A DNA stretch of 64,000 nt from Gemmatimonadota bacterium (GCA_041486305.1 JBGPLG010000002.1:70970-134969), one strand, 5' to 3'. Counted from the first letter of the stretch, positions 1-9,588 are shown. Made by a program: numbers and translations. Notes: a model not told the origin generated them from the letters alone.

Positions 1-183
1 ACGCTGGCGCTCCAGGAACTGATGGCCGAGCCCGAACGGCTCCGCGCTCTGGGGCAGCGGGCCCGGCAGCGCGTGCTGGAGGAATATGTCGATTCCGCCG
101 TTGCCCAGCGGACCCTTGCCTTCTGGGGCCAGATTCTGGCCCGCCACACGAGTCACGAAGCACACTTGACCGAGGCCCGATAA
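1..183 (+). CDS. glycosyltransferase, C-terminal fragment (5' end outside window)
   Basis: Frame +1 is open from base 1 to TAA at 181-183. The translation ...LALQELMAEPERLRALGQRARQRVLEEYVDSAVAQRTLAFWGQIL... looks like the C-terminal helices of GT-B (GT1/GT4) transferases. The stop overlaps the next ATG (TAATG). Confidence 0.4.
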   Translation, partial: TLALQELMAEPERLRALGQRARQRVLEEYVDSAVAQRTLAFWGQILARHTSHEAHLTEAR

Positions 184-2612
184 TGCGCGCTCCCGTGCGA
201 TCGCTTCTTCTGATCAGCGCCATCCTCAGTGCGGTGCCCGAGGCCCGGGCGGCTCAGACCCCAACTCCGGAGCAGGTCCGAAGGCTTCTCGAACAGCGTC
301 CCGACCTCGCGGCCACACTCCGAGCCCGGATCCAGTCCTCCGGCCTCACCCCCGAGCAAATCCGCACCCGGCTCACCACTTTGGGTTACCCGGCCGGGCT
401 CCTCGATCAATACCTGAACCCCCCGCCCATCGGCGTCGTGCTCCCGCAGCCCGACAGCCTGACCGTCGCCGCAAGCCAAGCGCTCGGTCTGCCGCCGGCG
501 GAACCGGCAACGGACACGACGCTGATCGCCCCGGCCTCGTCGGACAGCCTGCCCCGTTTCGGAGCCACTGTGTTCGTTCGGGGAAGCTCGCTGTTCCAGC
601 CTTCGCTGGCCGGCCCGGTGGACGCGAACTACCGGCTCGGTCCCGGAGACCATCTCACACTGATTCTCACCGGGGAAGTCGAGCTGGCGCACGCGCTCGA
701 AGTGAGCCGAGAGGGACTCATTGTCATCCCTCAGGTGGGGCAGCTCTCTGTCGCGGGCCTCACGATGGCGCAGCTCGAGTCGCTCCTGTACTCGCGGCTC
801 GGCCGGGTGTACAGCAGCGTCCGGCCGGGTCGGGGAGCGACCACGCAGTTCCAGGTGACCGTCACCCGCCTTCGGGTGAACCAGGTCTTCGTCGTGGGCG
901 ACGTGGCGCGGCCCGGTTCCTATCAGATCTCGGCGGCGGGGACCGTTCTCACCGCGCTCTATGCCGCAGGCGGACCATCGGACAAGGGTTCCTTCCGCCG
1001 AGTCCAGGTGCGGCGAGGCGGGCGGCTCGTCGATTCGCTCGACCTGTACGACTACCTGCTTCGGGGTGACAACGGCGCGGATATCCGCCTCGAAACCAAC
1101 GACGTGGTCTTCGTGCCAGTGCACGGCCCTCTGGTCAAGGTGCGTGGCAAGGTCTTGCGCCCGGGGGAATACGAGATCACGGCGGGCGGGACGCTCCGCG
1201 ACCTACTGGTGATCGCGGGCGGGTTCGATGCCAGCGCGCTCCGGCGCAGGGTGCAGATCGACCGCATCTTGCCTCCGGCCCAGCGGCAGGCGGGCGGACG
1301 AGACCGTGTGGTGATCGACCTCAGCCCCGAGCAGTTCGCGGACGGTCAGGCACCCACTTTTCCGATCGAAGCCGGCGATGACGTCAAGGTCTTCGAGGTT
1401 GCCGAGCGGCGCCGCAACCAGATCATGGTGCTTGGCAACGTCTGGAATGCGGGATCAGTAGGCTATGTGCGGGGTATGCGCCTGAGCGATGCGATCAGGC
1501 TGGCGGGCGGACCCAAGCCGGACGTCTACCTGGACCAAATTCTCATTTCGCGGCTTCGGCCCGACTCCACCCGCATCCAGCTCCGGAGTGGCTTTGCGGA
1601 CTCGCTGGGCGCGCTGAAGGTTGATCTGCCCCTCGAGGAGGATGACGAGATCCAGGTCTTTTCGCGCACCAGCTTCCGGCCATTCCGCTGGGTTGCGATC
1701 ACCGGAGCCGTGAAGCGGCCCGCATCCCTCCCCTTCCGCGCCGGCATGACGCTGCGCGACGCCATCCTGCTCGCGGATGGCGTTACCGAGGACGCGCTCC
1801 TTACGGAGGCGGAAATCGCGCGGATGCCGGAGGACCGTTCCAGCGGGACCCTGGCCCGAACCATCCGGATCACGCTGGACTCGACCTATCTCTTCGACCG
1901 AAGCCCGAGCGGGGAGTATCTCGGACCGCCCGGCCTGGCCGCACAGGCGGCTGGCAGCCCTGAGGTGATGTTGTTGCCATACGACAACATTCTGATTCTC
2001 CGCCAGCCCGACTGGGAGCTGCAACGGACGGTGCGCATCACCGGGCAGGTGAAATATCCAGGCACCTATTCTTTGCGTTACCGCACCGAACGGCTCACGG
2101 ACCTGGTGGAGCGGGCCGGCGGGCTCACCCGGGAAGCCTACCCCAACGGGGTCGAGTTCTGGCGAAGGGCGGAGCGGCGCGGGCAAATCGGGGTCGATCT
2201 TCGGGCCGCGCTCCGGGATCCGAAGCATCGCGACAACCTCATCCTAGTGGCCGGGGACTCGATCATCGTCCCCGAGTTCAATCCGGTCGTTCGGGTCGAG
2301 GGCGCAGTGAATTCCCCGATATCGGTCGCCTTCGTCCCCGGCAAGGACGTCGACTACTACGTCGGGGCCTCGGGCGGTTACACCCGCCTTGCCGACCGCG
2401 GCCGCGCCTTCGTGAGGCAGGCGAATGGCAAGGTCGAGAGTGTGAAGCGGCGGTTTCTACTCCCGGATGGCGAGCCGCGGCCGGAGCCGGGCGCCACGGT
2501 CATCGTTCCCTTCCGCGATCCGGCGGACAAGAAGAACGTCCTCGGGGTGCTGAGCGCGATCGTGCAGATCCTCGCCAGCACCGTCGCGATCATCGTGGTC
2601 GCGAGACGCTAG
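183..2612 (+). CDS. outer-membrane polysaccharide export (OPX/Wza-like) protein with multiple SLBB repeats
   Basis: Signal peptide MRAPVRSLLLISAILSAVPEARA. Poly_export-like core (PRFGATVF..GDHLTLILTGE) followed by repeated SLBB-type G-x-V-x-x-PG-x-Y motifs (VARPGSYQI, VLRPGEYEI, VKYPGTYSL). C-terminal hydrophobic helix. Confidence 0.75.
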   Translation: MRAPVRSLLLISAILSAVPEARAAQTPTPEQVRRLLEQRPDLAATLRARIQSSGLTPEQIRTRLTTLGYPAGLLDQYLNPPPIGVVLPQPDSLTVAASQALGLPPAEPATDTTLIAPASSDSLPRFGATVFVRGSSLFQPSLAGPVDANYRLGPGDHLTLILTGEVELAHALEVSREGLIVIPQVGQLSVAGLTMAQLESLLYSRLGRVYSSVRPGRGATTQFQVTVTRLRVNQVFVVGDVARPGSYQISAAGTVLTALYAAGGPSDKGSFRRVQVRRGGRLVDSLDLYDYLLRGDNGADIRLETNDVVFVPVHGPLVKVRGKVLRPGEYEITAGGTLRDLLVIAGGFDASALRRRVQIDRILPPAQRQAGGRDRVVIDLSPEQFADGQAPTFPIEAGDDVKVFEVAERRRNQIMVLGNVWNAGSVGYVRGMRLSDAIRLAGGPKPDVYLDQILISRLRPDSTRIQLRSGFADSLGALKVDLPLEEDDEIQVFSRTSFRPFRWVAITGAVKRPASLPFRAGMTLRDAILLADGVTEDALLTEAEIARMPEDRSSGTLARTIRITLDSTYLFDRSPSGEYLGPPGLAAQAAGSPEVMLLPYDNILILRQPDWELQRTVRITGQVKYPGTYSLRYRTERLTDLVERAGGLTREAYPNGVEFWRRAERRGQIGVDLRAALRDPKHRDNLILVAGDSIIVPEFNPVVRVEGAVNSPISVAFVPGKDVDYYVGASGGYTRLADRGRAFVRQANGKVESVKRRFLLPDGEPRPEPGATVIVPFRDPADKKNVLGVLSAIVQILASTVAIIVVARR

Positions 2613-3087
2613 CCCCACCAAGACCGGAGCTCAGCGGATCGGGTCGCGCACGGAGATTCCGTAAGTAGCTGTAAGACGCCCGTAGCACCGGGTCCGAATG
2701 CGGCCCGTGACATGGTCGGCGCGGGTGACTCGGCACAGATGGCCTTGCCTCCGACGGGTGGAGCAGGCCTCGCGGCGCCCTGGTGAGCGCCTGCCCGCCC
2801 CCGCGTGCGGCGACCGACCACCAGGTCTCCCCGAGCACGGAGTCTTCTGGGCAAACGCGCGCCGGAGCGCTGCGACTAGGCGGCCACTCGATCTGTTGGA
2901 ATCGGCCGACGCCGCGGCCAGCACCGTCCTGACCTCGCCGCGCAGAAAGGGGCGCACCATCGGAGACCGATCGGCGAGCGCTCCGCGAATGATCAGGTGC
3001 TCGATGAGCGGAAGGCGGAGATCGTCGAGGGCAGGGAGGGAGAGGCCTGGGCGCCGAGCGGGACGGCGAGCATTGCCACGAGCAGGC

Positions 3088-4131
3088 TCACCCGGGAAGC
3101 CTGCTCCGCAACCATTCGCTGAACGTCCGCCCGCCGAGGGCCTCGCGATACTCCATATAGGCAGCGGTGTTGCCGGACCGAGCTCGCGCCAATTGCGCGC
3201 GCCAGAGCGCCGCGAGCAGACCCGCGAAACCGCCCACGAGCGCGCCGAGCAGAACCCACGCCACGGCCCGGTGGGGAGCGGGCCGAGCCGGGACCATGGG
3301 GCGCTGAATAACGGTAATCACGGGCGTGTCACGAACGGCATCGATCTTGGCTTGCTCGGCGGCCTGGGCGAGCTGCTGCACGACCTGCTGGCGGAGTCCC
3401 ACTTCCCGGAGGAGCCGTTCCTGCTCCACCAGCAGTCGCGGGGAGCTGCGGATGTCTCGATTGTTCTGGATGAACCCCACCAGCCGGTCTTCCGCCACGC
3501 GAAGCTCCGCCCGCACCTCGCCGAGTCGCTGTTCCGTGAAACGCCGCTCCTCGATCGCCTGCGACCGGAGCGTCGAGATGTTGAAGTCATTGAGCAAGGC
3601 AAGGAGCCGCGCCGTGGCCTGCTGGGCGACAGCCGGAGAGGGTGCGCTGAGGCCGAGCGAGACCACACCGGTACGGGGGGACACTGAGACGTCGAGCCGG
3701 CGGCGCAGCTTGGCCGTGGCGGTCTCGACCCGAAGCGCCTCGGTTTCACCCCCGATACCCAGGATATCGATCAGCGGAACCGAATCGGCACCGCTTCGGG
3801 AAAACCGGGAGACTGCCAGCGCGGCGAGCAGCGCCCGCGAGCGAAGCAGGTCGGCATAAAATGCCGCCGATTGACCCGGTTCGCCAGCCTGCACGCTGAC
3901 GCCAAACTGGGCCGCGACCTCGGACAGGGCCGGGGTTCGGCTGCGGGCCTGGGCGATGAACGACGCATCGGAGACCCAGACCCGGGGTCGAGCCAGTGCG
4001 ATCGCGCCGCCCGCCAGGCCGAGCAGCAGAGCCGGGGCCGCGATGAGGAGTCGATGGCGCAGAAGCCCCGCGACGATGAGGAGCAGGGAGAACTGGTCCT
4101 GCTCGGTCGTTGACGTGCCTGGTTGGGTCAT
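3088..4131 (-). CDS. polysaccharide co-polymerase / chain-length determinant (PCP, Wzz-like), no kinase domain
   Basis: Start re-set to ATG 4129-4131 (MTQPGTSTTEQDQFSLLLIVAGLL...). N- and C-terminal TM segments flank a coiled-coil region (RLGEVRAELRVAEDRL), which is the typical PCP topology. No Walker-type BY-kinase tail. Confidence 0.65.
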   Translation of the reverse strand: MTQPGTSTTEQDQFSLLLIVAGLLRHRLLIAAPALLLGLAGGAIALARPRVWVSDASFIAQARSRTPALSEVAAQFGVSVQAGEPGQSAAFYADLLRSRALLAALAVSRFSRSGADSVPLIDILGIGGETEALRVETATAKLRRRLDVSVSPRTGVVSLGLSAPSPAVAQQATARLLALLNDFNISTLRSQAIEERRFTEQRLGEVRAELRVAEDRLVGFIQNNRDIRSSPRLLVEQERLLREVGLRQQVVQQLAQAAEQAKIDAVRDTPVITVIQRPMVPARPAPHRAVAWVLLGALVGGFAGLLAALWRAQLARARSGNTAAYMEYREALGGRTFSEWLRSRLPG

Positions 4132-4221
4132 CGTGGCCTGGGCGCGAAATGGTCGCGGACGTGGTGCCTCGGCACTGCAAGATAGCCCCTGCCCGGTGCC
4201 GGACGCACCCACCACCGGCGG

Positions 4222-5487
4222 CTATTGTGGTCGGACGGCCGCATCCCCGGCCACCTCGTCAATCACTCTTCCATAGATTGCGATGCCAATCTCCTTGCGG
4301 CAATGCGCAACCACCCATTCGCGGCCCTTCCGGCCCATCTCCTCGCCCAATTCGGGGGAGTCTCGCAGCTTCCGGATCGCCTTCACCAATTCCGGCGTTG
4401 ACTCAGGAGCAACCGGAATCCCACTCTTCGACTCCGCGAGGAGCCATGCAGACTCGGTATCGGGCTCGCACGCGCACACGATGGCACGTCCGGTAGCCAT
4501 TGCGGTGTAGATCTTGGACGGGACGGTATCGTATGAAAACCCGAACCGCATCGGCATGACGCACAGGTCGGCGGTGCCATACAGGTCCGGCACCGCCTGG
4601 TTCGGTTGCAGCGGCAAGAGGATGAAGTTTTTCAGCCCCGATTCCTCGACCGCCTGTTCAAACCGAGCTCGTCCTGCTCCATTACCCACGACCAGAATGA
4701 CGGCACCCCGATCCTCCTGCAGGGCACGACCCACGTCGACCAGGATCTCCAGCCCCTGAGTGAGCCCGATGTTGCCGGCATAGAGGACGACGAACTTTCC
4801 CTCCAAGCCGTGCTTGCGGGCAAACGCATTGGCCTTGGGTCGAGGGCCGAGCCAGTCGATGTCCACGAAGAGGGGCGTTACGAATACCTTCTCCCTCGGG
4901 ACGCCTCTCCTGATCAGATTGTCCCTGAAACTCCGCGCTATCGACGTGATCGCTGCGGCCTTGCGATAGACGAAATGCTCAACCGAGTAGATCATCCAGA
5001 TGAGGAACCGGTTGCGGAGCAGGCCCATTCGCACCGGCGCGTCGGGCCACAGCTCGCGCACGTCATAGATCAATACCGCCCTCAACATCCTGGACAGGAG
5101 GTAACCGTTGAGACCCAACGTGATCGGTGGGGAAGGCACGAACACGACATCCTGGCGAGACAGTTCGGCGATTGCCACGATCATCGTGACGATCTGAAAC
5201 CAGAGGTAGTCCAGCGCGCGCAGCCAGATACGCTGGCCCTTTCGGGGCATGCGGACGCGCAGTACCCGAATGCCATTCTCTCGAGAATCCGAATAGAACC
5301 TAAGCCATCGCGCACGGTAGGTTGGGTTCTGTAGCACCTCCGGGGAGGGATTGTAATGGGGCATCGATGTCAACACAGTGACATCGTGCCCCATCTCACT
5401 CCAGCCCTGCGCCAACTCGGTCATCGTTGTCGCCGTCGACACCGTGTCCGGATGAAACACGAGCGAAAGCATGAGAATTCGTGGCAC
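4222..5487 (-). CDS. glycosyltransferase family 4 (WcaI-like)
   Basis: GTG start at 5487 (alternative ATG at 5472). N-terminus RILMLSLVFHPD and a GT-B C-terminal region (LYGTADLCVMPMRFGFSYDTVPSKIYTAMATGRAIV). Begins 2 nt after the nadE stop. Confidence 0.75.
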   Translation of the reverse strand: MPRILMLSLVFHPDTVSTATTMTELAQGWSEMGHDVTVLTSMPHYNPSPEVLQNPTYRARWLRFYSDSRENGIRVLRVRMPRKGQRIWLRALDYLWFQIVTMIVAIAELSRQDVVFVPSPPITLGLNGYLLSRMLRAVLIYDVRELWPDAPVRMGLLRNRFLIWMIYSVEHFVYRKAAAITSIARSFRDNLIRRGVPREKVFVTPLFVDIDWLGPRPKANAFARKHGLEGKFVVLYAGNIGLTQGLEILVDVGRALQEDRGAVILVVGNGAGRARFEQAVEESGLKNFILLPLQPNQAVPDLYGTADLCVMPMRFGFSYDTVPSKIYTAMATGRAIVCACEPDTESAWLLAESKSGIPVAPESTPELVKAIRKLRDSPELGEEMGRKGREWVVAHCRKEIGIAIYGRVIDEVAGDAAVRPQ

Positions 5488-5489
5488 GA

Positions 5490-7217
5490 CTACCCGCGAT
5501 ACTGGTTGGTGATCGGCAGCCGCCAGTCCTTGCCGAACGCCCGGGGTGTGATTTTTACGCCAGGTGGGCTCTGGCGCCGCTTATACTCATTCCGATCCAC
5601 CAGTTCTATGACTCGACGAACCGCGGTCTCCTCGAGCCCTCGCCGCACGATTTCGGCCGCTCCCGCGCTCTCCTCCACATAGGCATGTAGAATGGGATCC
5701 AGCACGCTGTAATCAGGCAGGGAGTCCGAATCCTTCTGATCCGGGCGCAATTCCGCTGACGGTGCCTTTTCCAGGACTCGCCCCGGAACTAGGTCCGCTC
5801 CGGCCCGCTGATTGAGATAACGGACGAGCTCGTAGACCAGGGTCTTCGACACGTCCTTGATCACGGCAAATCCACCCGCGCTATCGCCGTACAAGGTGGA
5901 GTAGCCCACACCCACCTCGCTCTTGTTGCCAGTCGTGAGAACCAGCCAGCCGAATTTGTTGGATAGCGCCATCAGGACGATTCCCCGAACTCGCGACTGG
6001 ATGTTCTCTTCCGTGACGTCCGGCTGCCTTCCGGCGAAGGTCGGCCCGAGAATATCCAGGAAGGACTGAAAGGCGGGGTCGACCGGGATCGTCAGAAACC
6101 GGATGCCCAGGTTGCGGGCCACCTGGCCGGCGTCCTCGAAGCTGTGTGAGGATGAAAAGCGCGTCGGAAGTGCCACTCCAACGACGTTGTCCGCTCCCAG
6201 TGCCTCGGCCGCGATCACCGCCACCAGCGAGCTATCCACCCCTCCCGACAAGCCCAGCACCGCCTTCTCGAAGCCGTTCTTGCGCACGTAGTCCCGGGTT
6301 CCCAAGAGCAGGGCCTGGTAGACTTCGGCAATTCGTTCGACGGGCTCCGTCAGTGCCGGAGTTCGCAGCGGCCTTCTTCCTCGGGCAGCGGGAATCTCGG
6401 ACAGCTCGACGACCTGAACCGCCGCCTCATGGCTGCCCTGGACCCTCCGCCGCGCCGTCTCTCGCCCGCTGAGACGACCGGCCTCCCCGGCTTCGATATC
6501 GATGACGAGCAAGGACTCCTCGAATTGTGGGGCTCTGCCGACCAGCTCCCCGCTCGGTCCGCACACCATGCTCTGGCCGTCGAACACAATCTCATCCTGA
6601 CCGCCGACCATGTTGCAGTAGGCGATAAATGCCACATTCTCCGTGGCGCGCGCGGCGAGCATTCGCTGCCGTTCACTGCCTTTGTCCATGTGATAGGGCG
6701 AGGCGGAGATGTTGATCAGCAGCTCCGCGCGTCCCAGGCAAGCCTGTGCCGACGGGGGCCCATCCCGGTACCAGATGTCCTCGCAGATACTGATGCCTAT
6801 CGTGACGTCGCCACGCCGAAATACTTGAAGGGTCTGACCGGCTTTGAAGTAGCGCTGCTCATCGAAAACGCCGTAGTTGGGCAGGAGCTGCTTCCGACAC
6901 ACTCCCGCCAGGGCGCCGTCGTGAAGGATGGCAGCGGCATTGTAGAGATCGCCGTCACGCTGAAGGGTGCCAACAATCGCCGTCAGTTGCCGGGTCGCTG
7001 GCAGGACCATTTCCAGGCTGGCCAGCGCCGCATTCACAAAGTCGGGCTTCAGCAACAGATCTTCGGGGGGATATCCGGTGATGGCCATTTCGGGGAAGAC
7101 GACAATATCGGCCTCCAGCTGGCGCGCCCTGTCGAGATATGCGGTAATTGTGTGGCGGTTGCCCTCCAGGTCGCCAACGGTCGGATTGATCTGGGCGAGA
7201 GCAAGACGCAACGTCAT
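5490..7217 (-). CDS. nadE: glutamine-dependent NAD+ synthetase
   Basis: N-terminal CN-hydrolase/glutaminase domain (LALAQINPTVGDLEGN, FPEMAITGYPPEDL, CEDIW). C-terminal PP-loop ATP pyrophosphatase (GLSGGVDSS, KSEVGVGYSTLYGD). Its ATG overlaps the upstream stop (ATGA at 7214-7217). Confidence 0.85.
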   Translation of the reverse strand: MTLRLALAQINPTVGDLEGNRHTITAYLDRARQLEADIVVFPEMAITGYPPEDLLLKPDFVNAALASLEMVLPATRQLTAIVGTLQRDGDLYNAAAILHDGALAGVCRKQLLPNYGVFDEQRYFKAGQTLQVFRRGDVTIGISICEDIWYRDGPPSAQACLGRAELLINISASPYHMDKGSERQRMLAARATENVAFIAYCNMVGGQDEIVFDGQSMVCGPSGELVGRAPQFEESLLVIDIEAGEAGRLSGRETARRRVQGSHEAAVQVVELSEIPAARGRRPLRTPALTEPVERIAEVYQALLLGTRDYVRKNGFEKAVLGLSGGVDSSLVAVIAAEALGADNVVGVALPTRFSSSHSFEDAGQVARNLGIRFLTIPVDPAFQSFLDILGPTFAGRQPDVTEENIQSRVRGIVLMALSNKFGWLVLTTGNKSEVGVGYSTLYGDSAGGFAVIKDVSKTLVYELVRYLNQRAGADLVPGRVLEKAPSAELRPDQKDSDSLPDYSVLDPILHAYVEESAGAAEIVRRGLEETAVRRVIELVDRNEYKRRQSPPGVKITPRAFGKDWRLPITNQYRG

Positions 7218-8602
7218 CGGGCTGCCAACAAGCTGGTGCTTCCCCAGAGCTCCGCCAGGCGGCGGGCGTTCGCTTCCTCCTCATCGCTTCGGCCAATGGA
7301 GGTATACCGGATCCGGGGGTCGTCGGCCAAGTCCTTCGGTAGGATGCGCCAGATATCCACGACTGTTACTCGCGCCTTCCCGGCGAGAAACGCCGCCGAC
7401 GTCAGCGCCTTGAACGCCGGATCGGGTGTCGTGACCAGGACGACGTCCGCCTGAGCCAGGCATTCCGCGATGGATTCGAGGACTACCGCATGGTCGCGCA
7501 GCTCGCCCCGGGCCAGCTCATTCGCGAGCGGGTCGTAGCCGATCACCCGGAATCCGGCTTTCGAAAGGGTCTTGGCGAGACAGATCCCCTGGGATTCCTC
7601 GGTGACGTGTGACAGAGGCTTGTACGCCAGTCCGAGGACGGCGACCGTCATCCCCGGGCTGAGGACCCGACGCAAGCGCGCAATCATTCTGTCCGGCAAG
7701 GAGCGGTTGATACCATCGGTTATCTCCGCCATGTCCGCCTTAGTCCCGAGCACGCCGGCGGTGTAACTCAACGCCAGGTTGTCGCGCGGAAAGCAGGGTC
7801 CCCCGTAACCAAGGGCGCCGGTGAGATACCTGCCACCGATGCGCCGGTCGAGGCCCAGTGCTCTGGTCACGACATCGACATCACCGCCGGGAATGCGTTC
7901 ACACAGATCGGCGAGCGTGTTGGCAAAGGTAATTTTCGTCGTGATAAACGAGTTGACCGAGATCTTGGTCAACTCGGCGTTCTCCAGGCTCATGCGCTGA
8001 CAGGGCGGATTGTTTTCCATGATTTGCGCGTAGCACGCTTCGAGCTGACTGCCGGCGCGGTCATCCGATTCACCTATGAGCGTAAAATCCGGATTCAGAA
8101 AATCCTGGATGACGCTTCCGAGGGCAATGAACTCAGGACTGTAGCACAGGCCGAAGTCCCGCCCGCATACCTTGCCGGATTCCCGTTCCAGAATGGGCAA
8201 CAGCCCATATCGCGTCGCGCCAGGCAGCACGGTGCTCGTCAGCACCACATTGTGATAGCCCTCCTTGTCGGCGAGCGCCCGGCCGATCTCGCGGAAGGCC
8301 CACGCCGCATACTGCAGGGAGAAGGCGCCGCGCTCATCACTCGGCGTCGGCACGATGACGAACGTCACAGCCGAGTTCAGGATGGCATCACGGTGACTGA
8401 TGGTGGCGCGTATATTCTGCCGATGGGCGGCGATCGTCGCGTCCAAATCGGTTTCCTGGACCGGCGCGCGGCCGGCATTGACAAGGTCCACGGAGCGCTG
8501 GTTCACATCCACGCCGATCACCTTGAATCCGCGGCCGGCAATTGCGGCGGCCATGCTGGCACCCAGTTTCCCCAATCCGACGATCGAATAGGTCGCGCTC
8601 AT
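7214..8602 (-). CDS. nucleotide-sugar 6-dehydrogenase (UDP-glucose/GDP-mannose dehydrogenase family)
   Basis: Rossmann N-terminus IVGLGKLGASMAAAIA, central SPEFIALGS motif and catalytic-Cys motif GYGGPCFPRD. ATGA overlap with the upstream epimerase at 8599-8602. Confidence 0.8.
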   Translation of the reverse strand: MSATYSIVGLGKLGASMAAAIAGRGFKVIGVDVNQRSVDLVNAGRAPVQETDLDATIAAHRQNIRATISHRDAILNSAVTFVIVPTPSDERGAFSLQYAAWAFREIGRALADKEGYHNVVLTSTVLPGATRYGLLPILERESGKVCGRDFGLCYSPEFIALGSVIQDFLNPDFTLIGESDDRAGSQLEACYAQIMENNPPCQRMSLENAELTKISVNSFITTKITFANTLADLCERIPGGDVDVVTRALGLDRRIGGRYLTGALGYGGPCFPRDNLALSYTAGVLGTKADMAEITDGINRSLPDRMIARLRRVLSPGMTVAVLGLAYKPLSHVTEESQGICLAKTLSKAGFRVIGYDPLANELARGELRDHAVVLESIAECLAQADVVLVTTPDPAFKALTSAAFLAGKARVTVVDIWRILPKDLADDPRIRYTSIGRSDEEEANARRLAELWGSTSLLAAR

Positions 8603-9588
8603 GTCTGCGTGGCCGCGCCAATTCTCGACCTCACCTGCTCCTCAATCCAGACATAGGTGCGAGCCACACCTTCCTCCAACGAAATCTTCGGCTCCCAACC
8701 CAGCACTTGTTTCAAGCGGGTATTGTCGGAATTGCGGCCTCTGACCCCTTCCGGACCAGGCACGTGCTTCTTGGTGATTTTGACCCCGGCGACGTCGGCG
8801 ACGATGTCCGCCAGTTGGTTGACGGTGACGAGACGATCCTGCCCCATATTGAGCGGCTCACTGTAGTCCGACCGCATCAATTTGTAAATGCCCGTCACCG
8901 AGTCGTCGATGAAACAAAACGAGCGGGTCTGCTCGCCATCGCCCCAGATCTCGACCGTTGGATCTCCTGTCAGTTTGGCGATTGCGACCTTTCGGCAGAG
9001 TGCCGCCGGAGCTTTCTCCCGACCTCCATCCCAGGTTCCCTGCGGACCGAAGATGTTGTGGAACCGAACGGTCCGAATGGCAATATCATGCTCCTCACCC
9101 ACATACTGGCAGAGTCGTTCAGCCACCAGTTTTTCCCAGCCGTAGGCATCCTGGGGCTGAGCCGGGTATGCATCCTCTTCCTTCAAGGGTGTGACGTTTG
9201 CTTCCATCTGCCGGTACTCGGGGTAGATACAGGCCGAGGATGTAAAGAAGTATCGCCGAGCGCTATTCACCCGCGACGCCTCCAGCGTGTGCAGGTTGAT
9301 GAGCAGGTTGTTGTGGAGGATTTGGCCATGATTCTGGGAAATGAAACCCATGCCCCCCATGTCCGCGGCCAGCGCGTAGACCTCTTTCACATCCCGCGTT
9401 GCTTGCAGACAATTGTCCCACCGCCGCAAATCCAGGATCTCGAATTCATCGGCCGCCGTGGGGGCGTACTCGGGGTACTTGAGATCCACGCCCCGCACCC
9501 AATGACCCTGCCCCTTGAGGAATGTCACCAAATGGTGGCCGATGAAGCCACCGGCCCCTGTAACCACGACCCTCGTCGGCTGTGTCAT
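8599..9588 (-). CDS. GDP-mannose 3,5-epimerase-like SDR (GME family)
   Basis: Start re-set to ATG 9586-9588 (MTQPTRVVVTGAGGFIG). Long near-identical blocks to my recollection of plant/bacterial GME: LAADMGGMGFI, SSACIYPE, PQDAYGWEKL, RFHNIFGPQGTWDGGREKAPAALCRK, WGDGEQTRSF, PGPEGVRGRNSDN. Confidence 0.75.
   Translation of the reverse strand: MTQPTRVVVTGAGGFIGHHLVTFLKGQGHWVRGVDLKYPEYAPTAADEFEILDLRRWDNCLQATRDVKEVYALAADMGGMGFISQNHGQILHNNLLINLHTLEASRVNSARRYFFTSSACIYPEYRQMEANVTPLKEEDAYPAQPQDAYGWEKLVAERLCQYVGEEHDIAIRTVRFHNIFGPQGTWDGGREKAPAALCRKVAIAKLTGDPTVEIWGDGEQTRSFCFIDDSVTGIYKLMRSDYSEPLNMGQDRLVTVNQLADIVADVAGVKITKKHVPGPEGVRGRNSDNTRLKQVLGWEPKISLEEGVARTYVWIEEQVRSRIGAATQT

Noticed and set aside
2631-2960. 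109-codon minus-strand ORF in the exporter/PCP gap.
   Set aside because: The product is Arg/Cys/Gly-rich with no hydrophobic core or motif. Third-position GC is visibly lower than in neighbouring genes, and there is no coupling signal. It was treated as non-coding, and the gap itself is reported as a low-interest finding.
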